A stretch of 64,000 nt of DNA. Source: Raillietiella orientalis. Taxonomy: Eukaryota. Made by a program: the position numbers and the translations under genes. The stretch is from positions 1,798,001 through 1,862,000 of the forward strand of contig JAYWIR010000018.1 of NCBI GenBank assembly GCA_036172245.1, in the 5' to 3' direction. Below, piece after piece: positions 11,900 through 22,628 of the stretch. Positions within the stretch are counted from its first letter, which is position 1. Each line of letters opens with the position of its first letter. A model generated the notes under the pieces. That model was not told the DNA's origin. It saw nothing but the letters and a program-made list of their open reading frames with translations, and did no database searches.

Positions 11900-14800
11900 T
11901 TCTAAAAAGTGGCTGCCTGCACGAGACCTCGTATGACCTTTCCTGAAGATCTCCTTGACCTTCTGACTTTCCCTTCCCTTTCTTCTTCCTCCTCCCTTTT
12001 GTTTCTGCCTTTTCTTCTGGCGCCTTCCTGGCAGTCGGGTTCACCCGGAGCGGCCGCTGGCTCCCAAGGCGCGTGCAGACGCGTTCCCTGCAGTCTGGAG
12101 TGTTCCCACTGGCGCGCGGGTCGAGTCCTTTCAGTCTGCTCTGAGCACATCCGCCTTTTTCCCAGATCTACTTGGTGGGGAGCAGGCAGGGCGGCTGGGA
12201 ATAGCCCCCGGGCAAATTCCTCCTCCACCTCGTGAGCTTCTATCCGTTCCTGAGAACAGGGTGTCTGGAGCCAGCGAGAAGCGATTTTCAGAGGAACAAG
12301 AGGATTTCGAGCCCTCCCGAGCACGGAATTTCACGTGGGGGGAAGCGAGGGTTGGCGCACAGCAGGTCCTCGGGTCAATCTCATCCCAATGCTCCGACGG
12401 CCTCCTCCTCAGGTCCTGACCCGCTTCCGAAGCAATCACGCTGCCCCCTGCAGGCGTGAACCAACCCTCCCCTTCCTACGTGACCTTTTCCTGCAGCCTC
12501 CTCCTCGCCGAGCTCTTGTGGAAAGAGGCTGTGGGCGGGAAACGGACAGAGGTAGCCTTTCTCCTCGTCCCTCGCGCGCACTTCTCCCGGGAACGCTTCC
12601 CTCCGCGCGCGGCATCCTCCCCCCTCGACGGTCAGGTTCACCGCGTCAAGTTTTCCGCTTCTCCGCCCGGATGCACTCCACCCCACCCCCATCCTTCCGC
12701 AGCGCCCCCCCGCGAACTTACCCTCTAGTTCTCGCTGCTTTCCGTGAGGTCCAAGCTGGCGCGGGCTCCAGCCTTTCCCGGTCCCCAGGTGGAGCCGGCT
12801 CCCTCTGGCTCGGGCGATCTCCCACCCCCGCGCTCCCCTCCCGACGACGAGACGAATCTCCCGCTCCCTGCTCAAGGGAACGCGGGATCCTCGTGTCGCT
12901 CCTTCCTCTGGCACCCGCGACGGAGAGCGCTCCTGGACCGAGGAGAGGCGGCTCCTCCTTCTTCCGCCTCATCAGCCATCCTCGACAGCATTCTCCCGGA
13001 GGAAGGCTTCATTCTCCCCGAGGAGGTTGCCTGCCAACACGCCAAGCGCGTCAACAGGTCGGGCAGCATCTACGCTCTCCTGGTTGTGTCGGCTCCGGGC
13101 CCTCATGTCCCCGGAAGCCTTCTGGAGCTCGCCCTTTCCTTGAGTTTGCGACAGCGCGATCCTTCTCTTCCCCTCCGTTCCCGAAGGACGCATTCAGGAA
13201 GAACGCGATGATTTTCTTTAGACAGGAACGCAGCAGCTTCCTCGGCCACCGGCCATCTTGCCCTACTCTCCCTCTCCTTTCCTTGCTCGCCGTGAGGCAG
13301 AGCGCGCGGGATCGCAGCGTTCGATGCCACCGAGGCCGTGGAGCACGCGGAGAAAACACGAGGTGATGGTTCGCATTTTCCGAAAAGAAGGAGGGGAAGA
13401 GGAGGGGAAAGAGGAGGGAGAAAAGAAGGCAGCATCTCGTTCACCACCCGTCACCACTCGTCACCAGTGCGCGGGCCGCTGCGCTGCGACGCATACAGAA
13501 GAAAAAAAATAAGCAAATAAAAGAGTTGCGCAGCAAAAGGCCATCCACTTATCGAGGCCCCGAAAACAAGCCCCGAGGCGATCGCGAGAGAGCTTTCGAG
13601 GAGTTCGCCTCACCTCCCGAGACGCCTCGCGCTGGCTCGGAAGGCCCCACCGCCGTTCCCTCCTGAGAGCGCACCCACCGGAACGGGAACTCTGGGATGG
13701 AGCTTGGAATTCCAGAGGACACCTCTTGAGTAGCACTAGAGGTCTTCTTCTTCTTTCTCGTTTTTTTTTTTTTTTCCTGGCCGTTTCTGGTATTGATCGC
13801 CGCCACCACGACTTCCCTTCATAGCGGTCGGCCTCCTCCCGAAGCTGAAGGGCACCTCCTGGCAGAGCAGAGGAAGGCGCACGGGGTCACACACACCAGT
13901 CTGGGATCTCCCCACCCGAGCTGCAGCTATGCCTGCGAGCAGGCGGACGAGCTCCACGCTCGGGATGCTGCGCGCGTGTCCACAGGGATGCTCCCGGAGC
14001 GCCACGCCGGAACCTGCCTGGAACCTGGGTACTACCCTGGAACGAGGGCTCGGCTGACCTCCGCCATTTCCAGCATCCTCCTGGATCGTTCCTTCTCTCC
14101 CCTTTTCCCTTCCGACTTTCCGCGTTCCCGTGGCAGCCAGGAGCGTGCTCCCCCCTCCCTACGCCTCGGATCCCGGTTCCTCCTGAATCCCGTCTGGGGA
14201 TGGGATCACTTCTCGGAGCCCCTCCTTTTGAGCACTCTGATCTCTGTATCTCCTGCAACGACCTTTTCCGTCTCCCTAGTTTCCCGAACGCTCCCGGTAG
14301 TGAGGCTATCGGTTCGCACCGTTCCTCACTATAGGGCGTGCGGGTCCGCCGATAGGTAAGCAGTAGAAGGATAGGAGGAAGAGAGGAAGGGGGGGAAATC
14401 GATCGCGAGTTCTCTCTTTCTTCGACGACTGAAATCCAGGAGGCTGCTTCTTTCCTCCTCTCCTCGAAAGGCGTCCGTCTCCTGCAGCGTCCAGTCCAGC
14501 CGACCACAGAATCCCGAATTCAGGTCGGTGGCACCGGATGGCGGCACTAGGAGGAAGGGAGGAGGGGGGCAGAATGCAGCGCGATCCTACTCGAAATCGC
14601 AAGCTCCCTCCTCCTCCTCCCTTGCGCCGATCTTTGGCACCTGCCCAAGACGGCAGCGCACCCGAGGGCGCGCCGAGGAGGCAGGGAGCGAACACTCCCA
14701 GCTCGCACGTAGGAAGGGGATGGGAAGGGAATTCCTCACTCTTGAGACCCTCCCCACCCCACCGCCAACCCCCTCCCTCCGTGTTGCCCGCCGGAGAAAC

Positions 14801-15150
14801 CTCGTGCTGCGCGCGCGGATGGCTCGAGAGACCAGAGAGGACGTCCCCCTGTCCCGCTCAGCGGGACGAGAAGCTCCCGGGGTCACAGAGAGGATCTACA
14901 GTTGTCAGGCTGCAGTGGGAGGTGGGAGAGGGGTGGGCAAGGATGGCACGTTCCAATCCCCACCCGCGGGGGCTGTGGGTCGGGACGAGAAAAGAGGAAC
15001 GCGCGCGCGCCTACCTCACGCTGCTCTTCAGTGTGTCGCCAGTGTTCTCCCCAGCAGTGACACTTCCGCCTGGACCAGTGGCCCGCGAGCTCCTCATGAG
15101 GGTAGTGGGGTCCAGGGTCGGTCCGGCTGCAGAGCGGCAAGCCGGCGGCG
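11900..15150 (-). mobile_element. Degenerate DIRS-like retrotransposon relic D
   Basis: RT (LSFYCLPIGGPARPIV, ~14330-14400), thumb (SVELVRLLAGIAAA, ~13950), RNase H-like (~13460-13750) and YR (RRPSE...VKFRAREGSK...ICPGAI, 12131-12439). Confidence 0.5.
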
Positions 15151-15599
15151 GTCGTTTCCCAGAGAGGACACTGGCTATCAAACCGGAAGGAGAGCGCCTT
15201 CCGGGGATTCCTCGCTGTCCCTCAAACTCCCCCCCAGATGGCAGGAGTGCACTGTCCACCCGAGGATTTTGAGACGAGCGCTCCTCCCCCCGAGAAGAAG
15301 AAGGCGACAAGGGGATGAGTCTGGAAAGCCTCCACATTGCCCGCCACCGTCGAGGCAGCGCATCTTCAGCACCGCCACCGAGGTCGAGGGCTCTTCTCAA
15401 GGTCACCTGCATTTTTACCCCTCCCCTCCTTTTCTGCCCGAGAGAGGACCACGCCTTCGTGGGCGAGATCTCTCTTCTCGCCGTGGGGCAGGAGAGCTCC
15501 CGGCGCGTTATCCGCTCCTCCTCCGCCCGGCCAGGCACGAAGTCTCCACCTCGAAACCCCTCCCCCTCTCTGCCCTTTGTCTCACTGGCCTCAGCTGCC

Positions 15600-18500
15600 C
15601 GGGTCCCCTCGAACAGAGGAAGCTCTTCCGAGCCAGCGAAGGAAGGGTCGACTAGGGGCTCGCCTTCCGACTGCCGCGGGCCTTCCCTCCCCTTTTCTTC
15701 TGTCGGCCACTCCCCTCTCCCCTGGAGCTAGTTCTCGGAGCGCCGCTCACAGGTCTGCCAGCGTGGCGTCCCCGCTGCCGCTCCTCGTCCCTCCGGTGGG
15801 GGAGATCCCAGCCCGCTTCTCGCGACCTGAGCCGGCGAGGTGGATGCCCGCGTGCCTCTACCCGTTGCTCGAGGGCAGAGGAAGCCCTGCCACGCCCCCT
15901 GCAAGGAGACGGACCGAAGAGGGAGGGAGGGGGCGCAGCCCAAGGCCTTTTGGGTGGGCGGGGTCGGAGAGGAGGAACCGTGGGGAGGGGGATCGCTGCT
16001 TCCGTTTCCAGCCTTCCCCTCGCCTCCTCAGGGACGCTGCCGGACCGCAGACTCTGTCGCCAGGGCCGCAGGGATGCGACGCGGCTGCCCTGATTGAAGC
16101 CGGCGGGGATCGATCGCGCCGGATGCAACGATCCTTCGCAGCGGGTGGTGGGTGTCCCTCCCAACGGTTCGAGGCCCTTCCCTGCCTCAAAGGAGCTCCG
16201 AGCGCATGCTCCTCCGTTGCCACGCATCCTCCCCGGTGGCACTTGCTCGCGCGCGCACTCTGACGGCGATCAGAGCGCGCCGGGCCATTGCCTCGGTCTC
16301 CGCCCACGATCAAGGGAGCACGGTGATTTGCACGTCCCTCAGCGGTGGGTCAGCAGCAGGCAGCGAAATCAGCACCTGGGAGAGAGTAGCCGCCGCCCAC
16401 CGTCGGGAAACCCGCGGAGACTTTCGGAGGCTTCTCGAAAGGACGCATGGAAGAGGGAGGCCCTGGCGGCGACCGACCTCCCGGGGATGGTCTGCGCGGC
16501 GGCGAACCACGGCCCTCCAAGGCTCCATGTGGCAAAGAAGCCACAGAAGACCCGCTCGCGGAAAAAGACCAGGCCGATGCAGGAGTTCTCCAGGATAGTC
16601 CTCCAAGGGGTGATGCCCTGGGGGGGAGCACCCAACCGTAACGAAGATCAGCAGGTCTCGAGGGACAGCTGATCGCAGGCCCTGGAGGAAAGACTGGAGG
16701 CACTGGCAAGAAAGAAGAGCACCCTCCTCCCAATGGGAAAAGTAGGATCTCCTCAGCTGCCTCTGGGCGAGTGTCGGAGAGATCGCGACCTCTCCCCACC
16801 CCCGCTCCCGCAAAGGAAGGGAAGCCGCCATCGACGGACGGACGAGTCGCGGCCGTCTCCAGGAAGCAGCGTCCCGGAAGTGTTCGTCCCTGTCCGGCAA
16901 GTCTTGGCTGGAAGGACGGTAAGGGAAGAGGAGGACCTCGGTCCAGCACTCTGGCACCTCTCTCTCCCCCTTCCCCCGCATCCTTGGAGCCGAGTAGGTG
17001 TCCATCGCACAAGATGGGCTCTATCTGGTCTGTGATTGGCTGCGCTCCCGCTCCCAGAGGAAAAGCAGCTGGGGCCGAGGCACTGCGTTCCCACCTCTTC
17101 TGCTCTCCATCAGAAAGGAGAGGGGAGGGGGAGTAAGGGCGTAGCGCCTTACGGATAGGTGCCTCCAGGGGAACAGAGGACGCGGTTGCTGCTCGGGCGA
17201 TGCGCGCGCTTCCCTCTGTCCGCTGCTGCCCCGGCAGGAACTCCTCGCTCCCGGACGGTAGCAGCGGCTGAGGCGCGGTGGCCTAAGTCACAGAAGACAA
17301 TGACGCAGCCTAACAACGGGGTTCTCTGGCACAGGCACCGAGCACAAAATTCCAGGAGCGACGCAAGCGGGACTTTTCCCTTGTCCCCTTTCAGCTTCCT
17401 TTTCAGGGGAGGTTGAGGAACACAAAGGAGGAAGACGGAAGAGAAGGAGGGAATCGGACGGAAAACGCCGCCGAGGGGTGCTCTCGCAATCTCAGGGCGC
17501 GACGCCGCCTTCCCGCTGAGATCGCCTGGATCTGGGAGGACCCTTCCAGACCCGAGTTCCCTCCTCTTCCAGAAGGAGGGAACTCGGTTCCCTCTCCAGA
17601 AGGAAGTCCGGTAAGAGGAAGGAAATGTGCGGGGTCTTTCGCACATTTCCTTTCGCCCATTTCATCTCTAGATGGGAGGGAGCAGCACCTCGATCGGCGG
17701 TCACGGAGAAGACGCGGAGCTGTCCCCGCAGGCGCGAGGGAAGGAGACCTCGAAGGGAGGAAGAGGAAAACCGAGTCTTCTGGGGTGCGCTACCCTTGGC
17801 AACCAGCGGGCGCAGAGGAACAGCATGCGGGACGGCAATTGGAACCTCGAAGAACGGAAGACACCTGGAAAAGACCAGGAGCAAATACGATGATGCCCTC
17901 CCTCCCCACCTCCGGAAAAACAAAAAAAAAAAACGCGCGCCGTAACCAGGGTGATGGATTCGACAGATTCGTGGCGACAAGTGGTAAAAATTCTCTCCTC
18001 CTCGCGACCGGCGGCCGAACGAAGCTGCGTCCTGCTGTTCCTGGAGGACGCTGTCCCTCCTGGGAGGGACATGCGTCAAGTCGGTAATGGATGCCAAACC
18101 ATCCGCCTCAGGGAGTGAAGGACTGTCGATGTGACTCGGGATGGAAAAAGGAGGGCGGAGGGGAGGGAATGATGGAGGCCACGGTTTCGGGAGACCCCGA
18201 GTCTCACGGGGAGCTTTGAAGGGAGAGGAAAAAAGAGAAAGTCCGTACGCTGGCGCAAGGGATTCCTCGGGTCGGAAGGAACGCGCCGGCAGGAATACCG
18301 AAGAGGAGGAGGAAGGGAAGGGGAGAGCACATTCAGAGGGACGTGCGCTTATAGAGGGGCGTCTCCAGGGGAGAGGAAAGGGCCGTCTCCCGTCACCGGG
18401 AAGCACGCGCACCCCGTCCTCCCGTGAGAGGAGTTCGAGCGCTCGGGAACGCTTGAGCGTCCCAGTGTTTCCTCCCGGGATCGACCTGGAACAGAAGTTC

Positions 18501-19000
18501 GCGCGCGCGCCCTTCCAGGTTCATGAGGGCGTTTAGCTGCTGGGGAACACCCGAAATTCCCTTTTCCTCCGGCTTCTGTCCGTGCAGGGCAATCTTTTCC
18601 AGCAAGAGAGGGGGAGGGGAGAAATCCCTTGCGAAGGGTGTCGTCGGAAGGAAGGTGGGATCTTCGGAGCTCCTCTGAATCGAGAAGGGAACGGTGAACC
18701 GGGGCGGTGGCACTTCGAGGGACACGGACAGGAGATGCTCTCGTTGGTGACCTTCTCGTCTCCATGGCCACGATCCAGAAAGTTCCTTCGTGTAGATCTC
18801 TCCATCTCTCCAGGCATCGACACGTCGACGTGCTATCACGGCTACCCGCGGCGGACGCGCGGAACTGCCTCCAGAAAAGAAGGGGGAGAGGGGAGGGGGG
18901 AAGTGGCGCTCAGTCTGAGGGTCCAGGGAAGAGGAGGAGAACGAAGAAGGCATGCCCGGTGGGTAGACGTTACCACCAGGAGCAGGGTGGGTTGATGGTG
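15600..19000 (-). mobile_element. Degenerate DIRS-like retrotransposon relic E
   Basis: RT (RVAVIARRRVDAWRD; AMET...RSHLPSDDTLRKGFL...NFGCSP, 18349-18900), RNase H-like (17149-17646) and YR N-terminal part (RRSYFSHW...LQSFLQGL, 16310-16800). Confidence 0.55.
17886..17993 (+). repeat. Dispersed ~110-bp repeat, copy 1
   Basis: tacgatg-C run-tccggaaaa-A run-ccgtaaccagggtgatggattcgacagattcgtggcgacaagtggtaaaaattc; second copy at 20386-20489. Confidence 0.85.
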
Positions 19001-20102
19001 CTGGGAGAAAGGTCTCGGGGCTAACCCGCTCTCCGAGGGAGGCGCTTCCGTCGTGCGGGCAGCGTGGCCCCTACCCTTCCTCCCTTCATGCAGAGACGAC
19101 CTCGAGTGGCAGTAGGGCGCAGCAGGATCCATGTCTCTCCCCTCCCTCCCACACCTCCATTCCTTCCGCTCCTCTCTCTGTTCTCCGAGCCTTTCCCGAA
19201 AGGATCGTCTGCACCGCGGCGGGAGCGCGCGACGGGCGGCGACCCCTGCGTCACCGCTGCACGGCGGCGGAAAGCAAATTTTATGGGTTCGGGGCCTTCA
19301 GGTCCGGGGAATGCTGAGATTAAGGGACAGCAGATCGCTCACCTCCAGGAAGAGATCCATTAAACCTCAGGGCGCCGGCGTCCTTTGAGGTCGCCGGCGC
19401 CGGGACTCCCGAGCAAGGTGGGATACCTCCCTCCACCTGGTCCGAACCCCGAGCGTTGCCCGAGGGAAAGCGACCAGGGGGGAGGGGGAGGGAAGCAAAC
19501 CTCCCCTTTGACCACTCCTCCCTCCTCTTTCCGCCCCCAAGGCGGCCCTTCCCTGTTTCCGCTCGCTCCCGGCCCTCGGGAGCAGAATCGGTGATGAGGA
19601 AGCCGGGACTGTGAAATCCCTAGCCGCCGGACCACGAGGCCCTTCGCATGAGCACGCGCGGCCCTGGGAAGCGAAGAGTAAGAGCGGAGGGGGGGAGGAA
19701 GTCAGTGAGGACCGACCCTGCTGCTGTGAAACGCGAGAAACCGGGCCGCGAGAGAAGGTCGTCGGGTCTGTTTTCGGTTCACCACCTCCAGAGGCGCGCG
19801 CAAAGGGCTGCCGGTCCCGCAAATTCACCCCCTCCTCCCTGCTTTCTCGGAGCCACCACCCAACAGGACTGATCAGCGGATCGCACAGACTACGGCGGGG
19901 GTGCACCCTCGCCCCGAGGGACCCCGGGGAAACTGCGAGGAAATTCCTGCGCTAAGTGACGGTCGCGCGCGGCAGGTCCCTCGCGTTGCTTGGCGCTCGC
20001 CCCGGTGACCCCAGGGGTGCCAAAACCTGACCGGGGGATTCCTTGAAAATTCCGCAGAAAAAAAAAAAAGGTAAGGGAACGGAGGTGGGTGGGAACTGGA
20101 AA

Positions 20103-20136
20103 GAGGAGGAGGAGGAGGAGGAGGAGGAGGAGGAGG
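20103..20136 (+). repeat. (GAG)n microsatellite
   Basis: About 11 tandem gag units. Confidence 0.95.
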
Positions 20137-20385
20137 AAGGGAAAGAATGCAGACGGTAGGGCCCGAGCAAACAGGTAAATCCAGTCCTTTCACCGACTAC
20201 GCGCCTCCTCCGCAAGGTAGCTGCCTGGCTGTATTTTTCTCCCACTCTCCCTCTCTTCACGCTTCAGCGGAGCAATAGGCACACAATCTCCAGCTTCAAT
20301 TAAAGGGTTACTCAGATCGTGCACCCTGATTTCCTCTTTTCCTCTCACTCGTCGCCGATGAACGAAAACTTTGAAAGAAACCGAG

Positions 20386-20489
20386 TACGATGCGCCCCCC
20401 CCCTCCGGAAAACAAAAAACAACAACACACACGCACCGTAACCAGGGTGACGGATTCAACAGGTTCGCGGCGGCAAGTGGAAAAAATTC
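20386..20489 (+). repeat. Dispersed ~110-bp repeat, copy 2
   Basis: Core ccgtaaccagggtgacggattcaacaggttcgcggcggcaagtggaaaaaattc differs from copy 1 at 6 positions. Confidence 0.85.
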
Positions 20490-21949
20490 GTATTCGCAGA
20501 CCTGTCTATCGTAACAATGAGGTGTCATGTCAGGCTTCGTTCGGCTTAACCCAGGCAGGGTTGCCATGCTTTCCGCGTTCGCTTTTTTCCTGTAGTGGAA
20601 CTCTTAGCTTCCGTTTTCGCAAAAACTGTAAAGTCAATCATTCCTCACCGTCAACGTTGACTACGGAAAATTTCCATTTATCATCAAGTCTGGTCACGGG
20701 AATTCCGCTCGCGAGGGACTCTTTTTCCTTCTCTCTCTCTCTCTCTTTCTTTTTTCTATTCTCCCAAAAGCCTTTCCTCTTGTGCCCATCGATTATGTCG
20801 AAGTTCGCAATTAAATTAGTGCAGCTTTGTGGGAGCGTCCATTGATGAAACGCAAAAGCCTGCCAGTGTTTTGTGTTATTTCCCAACCGTGGAAGATCAG
20901 CACGCGCGCGATCGAAATCGGAGCCAAGCAGCAGCCCCCACCGTATCGGAAAATGCGAAAGTCGCTCCGTCACACGGGCAAAGAGTTACCGGCGCTTTCG
21001 CCCGCTTGTTCGCTGTGCTCCCACACGGGGCGAACCACGGCACCAAATTGCTACTTCCCTATGGAAAATGGCCTTTCAAGAACCCGGCCAACTCCAGGGC
21101 AGCCCGCGCGCTATCCTCTGGAACTGGACGGAACATTTCCTTGGGCCTCCCGAAACGACGCGGCGTCTCCAGCTCGCAAAAACTCTGATGTCCGAAATTT
21201 TTCGTTTGGAAAAAATTCCGCGGGAACGCACGGTCAGAGGCTCAGGGTATTCCCAGGATATTCAGACACGGGAACGAACGTGCTTCCCAGACAGCGAGAC
21301 ACGACTACCCACGAGTAGATCCAAACACGCTTCCACGACTCCGCTAGCATCTTTCGCGCTCCTGCTTGTTGAAGACCTACGTCACAGCGCGGGCTGCGTG
21401 TCATCCCCGGCAGCTCGTGATGCTGTTGCTGGCACTCTCCTTCTTTGGATGCTGCTTCTTGAGCCTCTTGCAAGCATCAGCTGTCGACATGCCACTTTGA
21501 AAGCTGACTCGACCGCGAGTCACTTTCGGCCATTGGCGGAGTAAAAAGAAAGGCACTTCCGACAGTTCATTGATGAACGCTCAGGATTGCGAAAGAAGTG
21601 GAAGCTTTTCTCGTCTTTCTTTCTTCCCCCCCCCCCCTCCTCCGTTGCAGCAACATTCCAGTGCTTCGCAAAAGGCTTTCTTTTCACGCAGACAGAAAAG
21701 TGGTTGGCAACCAATTTCCAGCAAAGTAACCGACTGGCGGTCGTCCAGTGGCAGCGAGTTCAAGAAGTTCCTCCTCGAAGAGGCAGCTCTTCTTCCCTCA
21801 GATTTAACAAGCTGAAGCAAAAACGTCACGGTATGGTGATAAAAAGCAAAAAAACAAAACAAAAAACAAAAACAGAAAAAACAAAACAAAACAAAAAAAA
21901 AAAGCAAGAATTACGACGTTCCTAGACCTACAACACACGTGTTTTTATT

Positions 21950-22030
21950 TTGATACGTCACGTCATTGATTTTCCGAGTTGGGTGACCCGTCCTGATTCG
22001 CGCTCGGAAGGATGCGTCCGCCAATCACAG
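21950..22030 (+). promoter_or_regulatory. Candidate SLC6 proximal promoter (tandem CRE-like half sites and CCAAT box)
   Basis: tacgtcacgtcat at ~21954-21966 and ccaatca at 22021, about 400 bp upstream of the ATG and just after an A-rich tract. Short motifs, no TSS data. Confidence 0.3.
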
Positions 22031-22405
22031 AGAACCCTCGTGCGGAGTACCCTGCTCCATTCAAATGTCGAGTCGCTAAGGTACTGCGGATCACACGGTT
22101 CCAGCGGCAGCACCAGTGGCAACGTCTGCGTGCGCTCTTCCTCACGTGCGTGCGTGCGATCAACCGCCTTTCCTGGAGTTAGCAGCAGCTTCCCCGCGAC
22201 TTCCGGACTTCTTTTTCGTGCACCCGCCCCCTCGCCCTCCTTCTCCGGCCGCAGCAGCCCTCCGGGTCTTCCTTCCTTACCTTCCTCCTCCCCCACGCCA
22301 GTGCGCGCGAGCGTGCGCGTCCTGCCTGCGCACGCTCAGAAACCGGAAGGCGAGAGAGACTCTCCCCTGCGAGTGGACCCCACGCCACTGAACTTCGAAG
22401 CGAAC

Positions 22406-22628
22406 ATGCCGTTGTCCACGAAAGGTGCCACCGAGTGCGGAAGTGCGGCGAAGGTGTCCGGTGCGGACTCCAGCGCCGCCAACGGCAGAGTCACCTTTCA
22501 GATGGAGCCGAAAACCAGCCGAGCCAAATGGGACAACAAGCTGCAGTTCATCCTGGGCGTCGTCAGCATGGCTGTTGGCCTGGGAAACGTCTGGAGGTTC
22601 CCCTACCTGTGTCAGCAGAACGGAGGAG
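22406..22628 (+). CDS. SLC6 transporter exon 1 (N-terminus, TM1)
   Basis: ATG at 22406, MPLSTKG...[36 protein letters not shown]; donor G|GTACGT, phase 1. The start codon is inferred as the most upstream in-frame ATG. Confidence 0.9.

Noticed and set aside
20299..20315. TTAAAGGG, a possible Kolobok/piggyBac-type terminus
   Set aside because: No matching inverted terminus found nearby.
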